A stretch of DNA of 60,942 bases from Blastocystis sp. subtype 4 (taxonomy: Eukaryota): assembly GCF_000743755.1 (NCBI RefSeq), contig NW_014569520.1, positions 1 to 60,942 on the forward strand, written 5' to 3'. The notes beneath the pieces were generated by a model, which was given only the letters and a program-made list of their open reading frames with translations, was not told the origin of the DNA and did no database searches. Positions 39,196 through 51,922 of the stretch are shown here, piece by piece; the first letter of the stretch is position 1, and the number at the start of each line of letters is the position of its first letter. The position numbers were made by a program, and so were the translations under genes.

Positions 39196-40166
39196 ATGCC
39201 AAGCAAATGCTCATATTGCACTATGGAAATCCATGATTCTGAAGCCATAGTTGGAGAGAAGCATTTCCATCTGGAGTGTCTTGTGTGCAACAACTGTAAG
39301 AAAAGTCTTCAAAATGTTCCATTCCGCATGCGAGAGGTAATATTCTTGTTTTTGGAACGTTATAGTGTAGAACGTGCTTTATTGCGATAAATGCTTTAAT
39401 TTGGTTACAGCCGTGCGATGTGCCGAGTGTAATGGTTTAGTTTTGGGAAAGGACCGTTTGGAAGCCATGGGACAGTTTTATCATCCGGTATGGCATTTCT
39501 GTATGATCTTGATTCTTTTTATAGAGACATCTGGTCTGTTTTAGTTGTAAGAGCCACTTGGTCAAACCTCTCTTCATTAAGAAGTTGGTATCAGTTAATG
39601 GAGAAGTGGTTAATCATGGATTCTGTGTGACGTGTGCAACTAATATCAACAATACTCTTTGTTCCAAATGTAATAAGCCTTTGAATGATGCTGTTATTCT
39701 TATGGACTTTTATAAGCTGTAGTTGATCTTCGATGGAGAGAACTATATGCACATGGACTGTAACAGTGCTTCTTCATGGCCAGAGGGAAATGCTCCTTAC
39801 ACTTCATCCTCTAGCTCTACCTCGAGTGATGAGGAACAGGAGAATTCCACATCTCACACGACTGTTGTCCCAGTAGTCTTGCCTCAATCTTGAGTTACTT
39901 GTAGAATCCCATAGTGCAACAGCAAGAGTCAGAAATGAAGGAGAATCTTCCCGTTCCTTATAATGGAGACTCGGACTCAGAAGAAGAACCTTATATTGTA
40001 TCCCAAGAACCGGAGAAGGAACAACCTGTTGAGAACCAGACGGAGAAAGAGAATCGAGTTGGTGAGAATTCGACAAGTGAAGTACTATAACGATTTGGTA
40101 TTGAGTATAGAAGAAACATTCTGGAGAGAAGTAAGATGTTTTCACAACACAGCAGGAATGATTTGA
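39196..40166 (+). CDS. LIM-domain protein
   Basis: Repeated CxxC..HxxCxxCxxC..CxxC (KHFHLECLVCNNC; EAMGQFYHP); 3' end approximate. Confidence 0.85.
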
Positions 40167-40263
40167 TAGTTATTGTATGGCTTTTGTTTGTTGGGATCCC
40201 AAGTTTGACATCCAAGTAACTGGAACAGATTTTTGACATATCTACACACTCCTTATTTGTTTC

Positions 40264-41929
<1,666 letters not shown>

Positions 41930-41970
41930 TGTGTATGTACTGTGGTTGTGTTTATAAGCAATAAACGAAA

Positions 41971-42550
41971 TTAGCTTTCAAATACTTTCTCACTCGGCTG
42001 TTCTGGTATCAAAGCAGCAGCTACACGCTGTTTGTCATCGTGAAGAAAGTTGAAATTGGCAGCAGCAGCACTCTGGATCCTAAAACCAAAAATTATTGCC
42101 TACAGTACTCATAGATTCAACAGATATATTGTGTTTGTGAAGGTAATCAACAACAGATGATGGAAGAGGTGACGTTATTTTTCCTGTTCCAACGAATAAC
42201 ATATCTATAGATGAATAACTGTAACGACAAATCACTTATCGGTGGGTTGAAGAGTGTGACTGCTTGAAGTGATTCCGGAGTGAGTTCATCAATGGAATTC
42301 ACGTCCCATAAAAGTACCAAATCATTGAATGCCAGGACACCACCTCGATAATAGTTACCATTAACTAGAAAACCTTCTTCATCTAGCTCTTCAAAATAGG
42401 TCCCTTCGGCTTTCTAAAACAGTGAAGTATGAACTAGAATTCGCATACATCGTATATAGAGAAGTCTTCGAGATTACTGACAAATCGAACATGTTTTTTG
42501 AAAAGTGTAGGTCTAAATCGCTTGATCAGACACTGAGTTGTGCGCAACAT
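41971..42550 (-). CDS. NDUFAF3: Complex I assembly factor NDUFAF3 (Mth938/DUF498)
   Basis: Presequence MLRTTQCLIKRFR; GFLVNG..LWDV..LFVGTG..VESMST..NFNFL..RVAAALIP. Confidence 0.82.
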
Positions 42551-42654
42551 GTCTGATTACTAAAACGAAAAAAGAGTTGTAAAAGAAATTTATAGTTGTT
42601 AATCAACAAACAATTGTGAAATAGTAATTGTATCGGTCATATTCCTGACCTGCA

Positions 42655-43730
42655 TCAGCCTTTTCGGCTACGACCAGAAACCGATAAAGTATCTCTAAAT
42701 GACATTTTTCTCGGAATACTGGGAGTTCTTGTATCTTGAGTCACTGATTCCCTCTTAGTTGATCTCCTTTCCCCTCCATATATCTGCGAGCTTTTGAGGG
42801 TTTGAACTTCAGATTCGAGTGATTTCTATAGATTGGCTATGCTATGAATACCCACAACAGTCTGTTGTAATCGTGAACACTCCCTTCGTAGCTCCTAAAT
42901 ATAACTAGTTCTGTTACAACAAACCTGGCTCTCCACATTTTTCCGCTCCCAATTCTGTGTTGCTTCCATCACTTTCCTTCAACTCATGCCATGGAACTAT
43001 ATGTACTGTCGAGTAAACAAGAGAATAACTGCTAACTGCTGACTCCGTTTGCAATCCTTCTCTCCTGACGCCCCTGCAGCAATTTGTTCAATTTCGTCAT
43101 TCTCCTTCTCCATCCAGCTGCATGCTTCATTGTAATTCTCAACACTATGTAACTTCCATTCCATCTACATCGAAACAGTATTGAATTGCTACAGATGAGA
43201 GATCCAACTTTGTAGTCTTCAACTCTCCTTTTAGCTTCTATTGATAACGAGTTCACGGAATGGCTACGAGATACTTCTGCTTCAACTCAGATAATGTAGA
43301 CGAAGTTTCTTCACATTTCTATAAGGAAGAGAATTGGAAAGGAATTACAGTCCGAAAGGAATCTCGTTCTTCCTTCAAAACTGAGATTTGTTGCTTTAAT
43401 ATATCGTTTTCTTCTCGTTGATTCCGAATATACTGTTTCTGTAATTCAAGAACACCATTCGGTTCCTTTGCATTATAACGCACCTAATCCTATACTCCAT
43501 GACCTAAAGAATGAGAATATAATGTCACATATACTATCAGCATCCACAGAAGTGATGAATACTCTCCTCACGCTTTGTTTTGCTGTGGATTCTTTACAAT
43601 AGGGGCACAAAATAATATCAGTATTCGAGAGGAGTCGTTGAATACAAGAACTACAGACAAGGTGTCCACATCCCAAAGCCTCCATATTGCAATCTTTAGC
43701 ACTCTCACAACATATTGGGCAAATGAGCAT
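42655..43730 (-). CDS. RING finger plus coiled-coil protein (TRAIP-like E3 ligase)
   Basis: N-terminal CPICC..CGHLVCSSC..CPYCK followed by long heptad region. Confidence 0.65.
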
Positions 43731-43789
43731 GGACAACAGAGAAAACGACTGAGTCACATGACTGTTCTTGTTGTTCTAGTAGTTTCTAA

Positions 43790-44386
43790 ATGAATGAAAG
43801 AACTGCTGAAAGACGTCAAGCGAAGGAAATGGTTCTGAAAATGATGCGAGCTAATGGGATGTATGATGAATTGCGTGTATCACCTTATTACTTGATTTCC
43901 TGTAGAGTACTATTCGTGCTTCTATTGAGAAAACGTTGAACAATAATCTTACACAACGTGATGATAGGAATAGCCATTCTCTTGTGACTCAATACTATTC
44001 TCTACATAACAACGAGATTGCAACAGGGTTTATTGTCGATTTTTTGCGATCTCTTCAACTCACATCGACTTTATCCTCCTTGGAGTCCTGTTTGAGTGTA
44101 ACTCATATTCCTTTGCATAGATATTAGGAGGCTTCCTATTATGAACGAACTGCTCTTGTAGAGTTATTCCAGATCGAAGACATTCCAGGTCAACCCCTAA
44201 TCCTTCAGTTGTTTCACTCTGTAGATGATGCTGAACCACAGGGAGAAAGCTTTCTCAAGATGCAGAGTGTGAGTGAAAAGGATGTGCATGATTGTGTAGA
44301 CAGTGAACATTCATAATACTTGCGATGATGCCTTTGGAGAAGAGAATAGTGTTGATATTCTAAGCCATATTCAATTCTATGTTTGA
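43790..44386 (+). CDS. LisH/FOP-dimerisation (FOP/FOR20/TONNEAU1-like) protein
   Basis: MRANGMYDELR|STIRASI..IVDFLRSLQLTSTLSSLESC resembles the TOF-LisH region; last intron 44269-44299; stop possibly poly(A)-made at 44375. Confidence 0.55.
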
Positions 44387-44395
44387 ACAAACACA

Positions 44396-46216
44396 CCAAC
44401 TTGTTTCCATTTTCACTCCCAGTTTTGCTAGCCCAGGCTCAGATGCAATTCCCTGTGCCTTGAACCCATCAATATATCTCTGATTGGCTTCATTATCGGC
44501 ACATAGATTGCGGATCTACTTGATAAATAGGAAGAAAACCTACCGTAAAGAGAGCCCATTCCCGCTGTAATGGATGCTTTGGATGCATCTTCGTATGATT
44601 AAGAATCAGTTCGATAGCTCCTCGTTCTCGTATCTACTAATAAGAAAAGACGATAATACCAACTATGTCCTGTGCTTGGCGATTCAAATATACCACATTC
44701 CCTAGAATTTGTAACACCGCATCCCGTGTCCCAAAACTCCATACATCATCTCGTTGCTGGATCATGGGAGTATTCGTAGCCATATCAATGTCTGTATATT
44801 AGAAGAGATTCATGAATCAACCAATCTGAGGGATAGCAAGAATTGCAAAGAACACTTGGAGTAGTTCTGAATGGAGAAGGAAGCTCTTAAGAGTAGGGGA
44901 GAAATGATCTATGGAATAACAAAGGATCAAAACTACTGGCTTGGCCTGCAATGATACATAAACATGATCCAACAGCTTCAAGGAAGAAACATAACTTCTT
45001 CCCTTCCTCGGTCTCTTCATGCCTCGAAGAGAGACGTTGTTGATCAAATACCCATTGTCCATTGATACAATGAAGAGTATTCGACTTATGAATTATATCC
45101 AGAAGCCACAGGGATAGATCTTGACAGAGAGGATCCTGGAGAATCCGATTGGAATCTGAGTCAGTGATGGATAGGAGATAGGAAAGAAGAAGAAGTTGAG
45201 CTGGAGATACAAGACCATATGAGGGAGATGCGATAGTATTGAGGGATATAGAGAGCATAGGTAAGGTGAAGGAATGATGGGTTAATGTCAACTCGAGTAG
45301 AAGAACAATCCATTGAGATGCAATAGAAGGACCATCTAAATGAAAATGAATAGAAAATAACACCTCCTTCTTCAGATAAACCACGAGAATAGATAAGATT
45401 CATCACATCTATGTTACCAACAATAGATTCAAGATGGGAAGTATTATAAGTGTCATTTGCTAAATTGAACACAACGGCAATCGCATAAGAAGAGAGTTTA
45501 ATGTTATGGGAATAATGTTTCATCAGAAATCTAATCAAAATAGAAGGACAGAAAGTACATAAAACAATCAGGCATGAAGTATTTCCAAATTTCATTGAGA
45601 ATCTCCGAATCACGTCCAGCAGTCACATTGAAAATCAACTGAAGAGCAACTTGTAAGAAGAGTTCATACCATTCTGACCATGCCATCTCTCCTGATGCCC
45701 ATAAGTGTTTATCCATGCATAAACTAGAGATCTAGATAAAAGAACATGAAATAAACAACACAACGAATCATCCCACTGGAAAAGACAACCTGTTGATTTG
45801 AAGGAGAGTGAGAACACATGTTGCGTAGAATACGAAGGATATTAGTTGCAATAGAAAGGATACCCATTGATACGGTTACATTAACAGGCGTATCGGCATA
45901 GGACGAGTATTGAACAGCTGTGGTGAATAGAAATGATGAACCATACCATTTGAGATTTGAATAAAGTAGTCATTGCAACGGAGAAACCAGTCACATAAAT
46001 CACCCGTTAAACCACTTTTGAAACACTCATTTCTATCAAATAATCCATACATAACAAGAATACCGTGCACTCTCATCTGCAGACAAACGAATGAGTTTCT
46101 TGGCCTCATGATCAAATATCTCGCTATTAATTTGCAACAGACTCGTCTCAAAGAGTAATCGTATTCTGTCCACTGTTTCCTCCTAAGGACTGAATTGCAC
46201 CTATTTATATTACCAT
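44396..46216 (-). CDS. ATXN10: Ataxin-10 homolog
   Basis: ILRNMC..NQ near the N-terminus; GAIELILNHT..HPLQREWALFT|IRNLCADNEANQRYI; stop made by poly(A) at 44398. Confidence 0.85.
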
Positions 46217-46364
46217 AATGAAATGAAAAAAGAAAATTAATCAAAATTCAGTGAAAGGAAGGAGGAGGAAATGGGATGTACAAGTACCTTATGACCATAA
46301 CTGATGGATCGCAACAATTATTTGAACTATATCCCTACCCTTCGTTGCTATCAATAACTACAAA

Positions 46365-47781
46365 ATGGATATCAACAGCGACTATTATAAACAAAAGATT
46401 CTTCCTCAAGTTGGGATTGACCAAACTGTTGATTTCTAGTGGGACAAGGAACAAGATCTGTTAATCAACATCCAACAGATTGTAAGATTTGAGTGTAGAA
46501 ATAATCATAGATTGAAAAGATGGTGAAAGCGGAATCGATTTATGTCAAAGCGCTAATGGAGATTCGGCGACTCCGATTGAGTGACACCCAATTTGTCCAG
46601 AACCAAGGTCTCCTATCTTTACAAGTCACTCTAATCAATTTTGTGACCTCTCTGGCCACGCAACACACCGAAATCATCACCAATCTTAAAGACGATGTTC
46701 AGAGTGATTTAGTGGAGAATCAGGCGATTCAGAAAACCTACCGTTCTCACTATGTAGGTATTGTGATTATATCCAATCTAGACAACGGTGGTAGAGGAGA
46801 GGCGACAACTGGAAAGTCAGCAACTCCGACGATATGAAGAATCACTCGATAACTATTATGATGCTGTAGAAGATGATACAGAACAAGTATCCGAAGCCTA
46901 TTCAAGGTGTAAGGATGAGTATCAATCATTGATCGAGCAGCGAACTGTTAATCAAAATACATTTCAAACGATCTGGGATAATTACTGCGTCTCTCATAAA
47001 TTGGAAAATGATAATTAGAGAATTCGTTATAACAATCTCTCAATTGCGGCCTCTAGCGTGAGGAAACTCTTTGTCTATGTGTCGTCAGCAACAGCAAATG
47101 TTCAATTCGATATCCAAGCAATTTCACATAAACTAACCGATATTCCTGCCGCCCAGACCTATAACGACTACAAAACTCAACTACCCTTGTAGGGACATAA
47201 AATAACTCACACAAAGACCGGACTCCACAGAGTCTCCTATATATCACATCACCATACCAGAATCGGTCATTGAGTCAGAGGAAAGTCTGGATCCCATTCA
47301 TTGTCTTTCCGAAGAACCTCCTGTTCCTTTCCATGAATTTCAGAATATCCAAGTCGCTCATAGTGATGAACCAAGTGAAGAGCATATTGTCCCGATGCAG
47401 CTTCTGAATATGTCACTTAGTCTTCTCCAGAGACTAAATGAGGATAGGAAGGAACAAGAAGAACTTGATCCTACGATCATTCGGAAGGTTTCAACTCTCT
47501 TCCTTAGCAACGACATAAACAAAGTATCGTCCATTGAATCCAAACTAAAACAGTACATAGAAGAGAATCGACTTGGGTTTTCCTTCTCATTTATAATAAC
47601 ATGAAGATCACTCCATATTGCTCAAGCAATGATATCCATGCTTATGTTTTCCAATGTAGATAAGCTTTCTCCTGCCAATCAACAGGCCTGTTTCTCTGTC
47701 GCCTCTTCCATTTGTGCAACAGGAAATCAAATTCCCAAGGATGTGATTCGAGTCATAGAGGATCACTTTAAGATCAGTTGG
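46365..47781 (+). CDS. Coiled-coil protein, possibly F-BAR-like N-terminus
   Basis: WDKEQDL..IEKMVKAESIYVKALMEI helical region; stop predicted poly(A)-made at 47779. Confidence 0.45.
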
Positions 47782-47833
47782 GTTGTTTGTAACAAAGTGT
47801 ATTCAAATAATCATAAATAAACAAATATAACAG

Positions 47834-47915
47834 GACAACTTGTCCGAGTGGTTAAGGAGACAGACTAGAAATCTGTTGGGCTTTGCCCGCGCAGGTTCGA
47901 ATCCTGCAGTTGTCG
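47834..47915 (+). tRNA. tRNA-Ser(AGA)
   Basis: GACAACTTGTCCGAGTGGTTAAGGAGACAGACTAGAAATCTGT, long variable arm, GGTTCGAATCC, TTTTT terminator. Confidence 0.96.
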
Positions 47916-47918
47916 TTT

Positions 47919-49050
47919 TTATTCTCTTGAGCTCCATTCTTCTGTTGAAAGCTTGATGAGCTTCGCTGGAGGAACATCGGATAGAGAAGAATGCTCTGCT
48001 ATCAGTGTTGCACTCAAGACAACAAAGAAGGCGATAACAAACTATGTGATTATTATTTCGAAGACTTACAAATATCATTAAGGGCAGAAACAATATAGTA
48101 CCTTTCGAGAGCTGATACGGTTCAATCGTCATGTACAGGATATCCGAAATAGTCAAAGCAAGAAGAAAGGTAATCATGTAAATGGTTCTACACACATTTG
48201 CTACCTTGCTATCGGGAGAAGATTCCTGAGAATGGTTTGCAAGTATTGCAAAGAGGATCTATTCTCAATTTCAATTTAACATTCTACTTCTCGAATCAGT
48301 TTAACAATCATGTAGCATAGAAACACAATAGGAGGAATACAATCAGGAATGAGTTTAGAAAAGTCATAGGTGATTGCAAGAGTGACAAAGAAGGATCCAA
48401 AGAGAACTAAGTCAATGAGATTCAGTAAGATGAGCGGTGATCGAAATCCGGATGTGATTCTATTCGGTTATGTCTCAGTATGACTTGTACAGAAGAATCA
48501 TTTTAACAATGTAAAACAGAGCCCAAATGTACATAGGAATGAATACCACTAACAGATACGTTTGTAGGATGTCTTCGATCCACAGAAACCACAATACTTC
48601 AGTGATAATAACAATCAGAAGAATAGATGTAGCATATCCGGTTCGTAGCTTCCGAAATCGTTGTTGATCTTGATTTTCTACTAACATTCCTTTTGAAGCT
48701 ATACTGATCATGCAAGATACAACAATCAGGAGGATTATCGACATGGACCAGATAGGACTTAGAACAATCCACCATGGCTGTTGAAGAATCCGATCGATTT
48801 TGCATGCAATCAAAACTAGATGTGATTAGAGAGCTGTTGAATAACTTGAGGAAACGAGAGCCGTGATGATGAATACAACAGAGCAAGCGAAAATGATCCA
48901 TCGTTCCTTTCTTCCTTGATGAACCATTGCTGAATACACATTGTTCCAACTAATTCCAAACAAACTTGAGGTAGCGATCGATTGGTATTCTAAAGAGTTG
49001 TCCTTGACATAAGAATCTCAAAGTATTAAAACGTTTTCAGGTATCATGCA
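47919..49050 (-). CDS. Multi-pass membrane protein (TMEM185/TMEM203-like)
   Basis: IACKIDRILQQPWWIVLSPIW, VVFIPMYI repeats; TAA at 47921-47919; start approximate. Confidence 0.55.
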
Positions 49051-49117
49051 GAATCATTGAATAAGCGACCTTGGGGATAATGATTCTCTTCGTGCTTTGA
49101 AAAGAAACAAAATGAAT

Positions 49118-50392
49118 TCAGTAATCTCCAGAATTATGCAACAGATCATCTAGAATGATACCCGTCAAAGGTCCAAGAAGTTGAGGGTATCCTTTCAGAA
49201 TTCTCCGTAAACAGGTGGAATCAATAACTATCATCGAATTAGGATGTGAATGTTCCGCCTTTAATCTTTGAAAAAGGAGTACTTTGTCCACAAGAAGGAA
49301 AATGCGAATTATGAATACACTGAGTCCTAAATACAAATGCTCCACTGCCTTCTTCGATACCAACATATTCCTTTGGTTGGCAAAAGCATGAACACGAGTA
49401 CGAACGTAATCGGCATCTATGACACATAACTGGGAGGGAGAATCTACATCAAAGAAAAACTCATAAATCTAACAAGTTGTTGAACATACTGGCTGACTGA
49501 CAGATCCATTTTCTGAAAAAGGCTTCTGAAAACTCAAGTGAATGAGAGCAAACATATTCTCCGCTGTTTTCACTATAGTTGAGGAATATAAACTCGTCTA
49601 CTCCATTCTGTTGTAGTGATCCCACTACTCTTAGCCTCTTGTTCCCTCCGTGACTTCACCTCCTCTGGAGGTGGCCATTGATATGGTGAAGGAACAACTT
49701 CATTGGCCGAAACGGTCTCCTTGACGATTTGTGGGGGACCAAATATAAGATCTCCAGGACGCCGTGTATTCATGTTCATACAGTGTACATGTGTATAGAA
49801 GATATTAAGAGGAGAATGCATATCATCTGTAACCAGTACCTTCTCAGAGTAAAACAATGGTCTTGTACATCGTGCAGAAAGTTCTGAATACAAACACTGA
49901 ATGTCCTTGTTACATTGATAGGACTCTACAAAAGATGTACTGCGATTGACCAAGAAAGAGAGTACTACTAATTACAAAGAAATACCCCAATGATACAATT
50001 TGGATTTACAGAGGATTTCAGTGATGGAGTCTCTTCCTTCACAGAGGAGTTCTCAGATTCCACCAGTTTTGTTTCTCCTTTCTTTTCCATACGCTTTAGA
50101 GATCGAGTTTCTAGTTCCTTAATCTTGAGACGAAGAAGGGAGGAGCATAGGATACCCTTAATGATTGAATTATGTAAATGAACTTTATATGATGGCATAA
50201 TTCCATTCTTACTATTCTCTTTTCCAACAATCGCTATTACATGAAAGTTAAAGGCTACTGGAGATATACATCCACTAAGTTTCCTTCGTATCAGTTTCCA
50301 ATACTAAAATAACATAAAAAGACCAAAACTACTTGTTTCCATAGATTACCTGGTTTCTTCTCCAGATACTCATAAAGTTGTTTCATTGCCAT
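49118..50392 (-). CDS. Hypothetical Cys/His-containing protein
   Basis: Multiple spliced exons including HVHC and CHRC..CSCFC..CIHNSHFPSC; TGTTTCTT downstream near 49103. Confidence 0.4.
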
Positions 50393-50500
50393 TACACTTT
50401 CTTCTGAAACATAGTTTTGAAGTTTTCGACGTGTCATGTGAATAAGCAAAGAACATTGTGCCAACAAACAAAAGGGAGAATCACTACAGACTCCAATTAT

Positions 50501-50650
50501 TTAATCCTTTTTAGTTTCGCAGCATTCCTTCTTCTCATGGCAATGACTCTCAGGACACTTGCACTCCTTATCGTGACACTCATGGGCCGTACACTTCTCT
50601 GCATCACATTTGCTCTGATGTTCCTTGCAGCATTCCTTTTCTCCAGGCAT
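50501..50650 (-). CDS. Metallothionein-like 49-aa Cys/His-rich protein
   Basis: MPGEKECCKEHQSKCDAEKCTAHECHDKECKCPESHCHEKKECCETKKD*: 10 Cys, 5 His, no aromatic residues; own minus-strand TGTTTGTT at 50463-50470. Confidence 0.75.
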   Translation of the reverse strand: MPGEKECCKEHQSKCDAEKCTAHECHDKECKCPESHCHEKKECCETKKD

Positions 50651-50739
50651 CTTTTGATTTACAATTCAGTAAGAATAATATACAATTTCTCTCAGCGAAG
50701 GGTCAAATCTTCGTGTCGTGTCATATGAAGCTGTCATTA

Positions 50740-51133
50740 ATTGACAACCTGGAAACAACATTGTTGCATGTATACTACTTTCAGTACTTGCTGCCTGAGT
50801 ACGTCTGTCTTCTCCCTCATTATACTGATACTCCTCTTCGTTTCGTTTGTCTCCTTCTCTTAGAATTTGCACATTAATTCCTTGTACTTGGATTTTTATT
50901 CATCATTCTTGGATTCTTTGCATCTGATTATGATCACATTACTAACACTTTGTATCTTCACTTCGACTCTCGTCTCCTTTATTTGGTAAGTATTTGAAAA
51001 GCTGATTTCCACAAAATGAACATATAACTATGATTGAATGTAACAATTACGGTTCTTCCACCATTTCACCAAATACTACTCCATTATTGTTCTTGCTTCT
51101 GCGACAACCCATATGTTGGGCTCTTAGCCCCAT
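50740..51133 (-). CDS. Small hypothetical protein (spliced)
   Basis: ATG-initiated exon and short GT-AG introns with charged coiled-coil-like reading; structure unresolved. Confidence 0.25.
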
Positions 51134-51241
51134 TATCGCAATGGAAATAATACGATATTTTATGTCCATCAAATGACAGGTTTCTGCTTGATTCCCGACA
51201 GTTATTGTTTCTTTCATTTCTCTTCATTGGAGCAGTAGATT

Positions 51242-51896
51242 ATGTTCTTTAAAGTTGATTGTTGTTTGAAGTGGTGATATATTTGTAGAAGGAGATGGAA
51301 TACATCCTATCTCTTCATCCCAAGTATTTGGGTCGAAGATTACAGGAAACAATCAAATCACAACTCTATAATGAAGTTGAAGGAAAATACTTTCCTGGAA
51401 TTGGTTATGTATTAATGGTTCTTGATCAGCCATCGGATGCTGGAATTGGCTTGATTGATCCTAATACAGGATTTGCAGAATTCAGAATTAAGTATTTTGC
51501 TCTTGTTTATTGTCCGATTGTTCAGGAAGTCACCTATGCTTTTGTAACAAAGATCACTACGGTATTTCAGAGTGTTTCTATTCATTTCTAGCATGCCCTG
51601 TTATGTCGATTTGGTCCGGCTGAACTCATGGTCACAAAGATATCCTTTCGTTTTTCATAGCAGTGTCCTTTAACTCCCAGACTTCAAATTCTGTTTGGCA
51701 ATTTAAGAGTGATAGTTATAATGCCTGGAAATCCGCAAAATATGAGAGTGAGATCACAGACCATACAATGATCAAATGTCGAATTGAGAGTGTTCAGGAT
51801 GAGGGAACCAAAATGGTTGAATCTGGGACATTCCATCATATCTAGAGGATTGTAGCATCGATTGAAGACCCATCTCTAGGACCCAGTATTGTATAA
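51242..51896 (+). CDS. RPB7: RNA polymerase II subunit Rpb7
   Basis: MFFK|..LSLHPKYLG..LYNEVEG..GYVLMV..GLIDPNTG..ASIEDPSLGP. Confidence 0.88.
51640..51680 (+). other. U12-type (minor spliceosome) intron with AT-AG termini
   Basis: 5' ATATCCTTT, branch-like TCCTTTAAC at 51666-51674, AG at 51679-51680; removal restores frame MVTK|TSNSVW. Confidence 0.75.
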
Positions 51897-51904
51897 TAGT
51901 TTGC

Positions 51905-51920
51905 TGTTTGATAACAAACA
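51905..51920. terminator. Bidirectional 3'-end element TGTTTGAT-AACAAACA
   Basis: Abutting inverted motifs between convergent RPB7 and DPP3. Confidence 0.7.
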
Positions 51921-51922
51921 TA

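Noticed and set aside
45855..45863. GTATCCTTT U12-like donor in ataxin-10 (similar sites near 34711 and 10728)
   Set aside because: Lies in a continuous reading frame with no need for splicing and no U12 branch site
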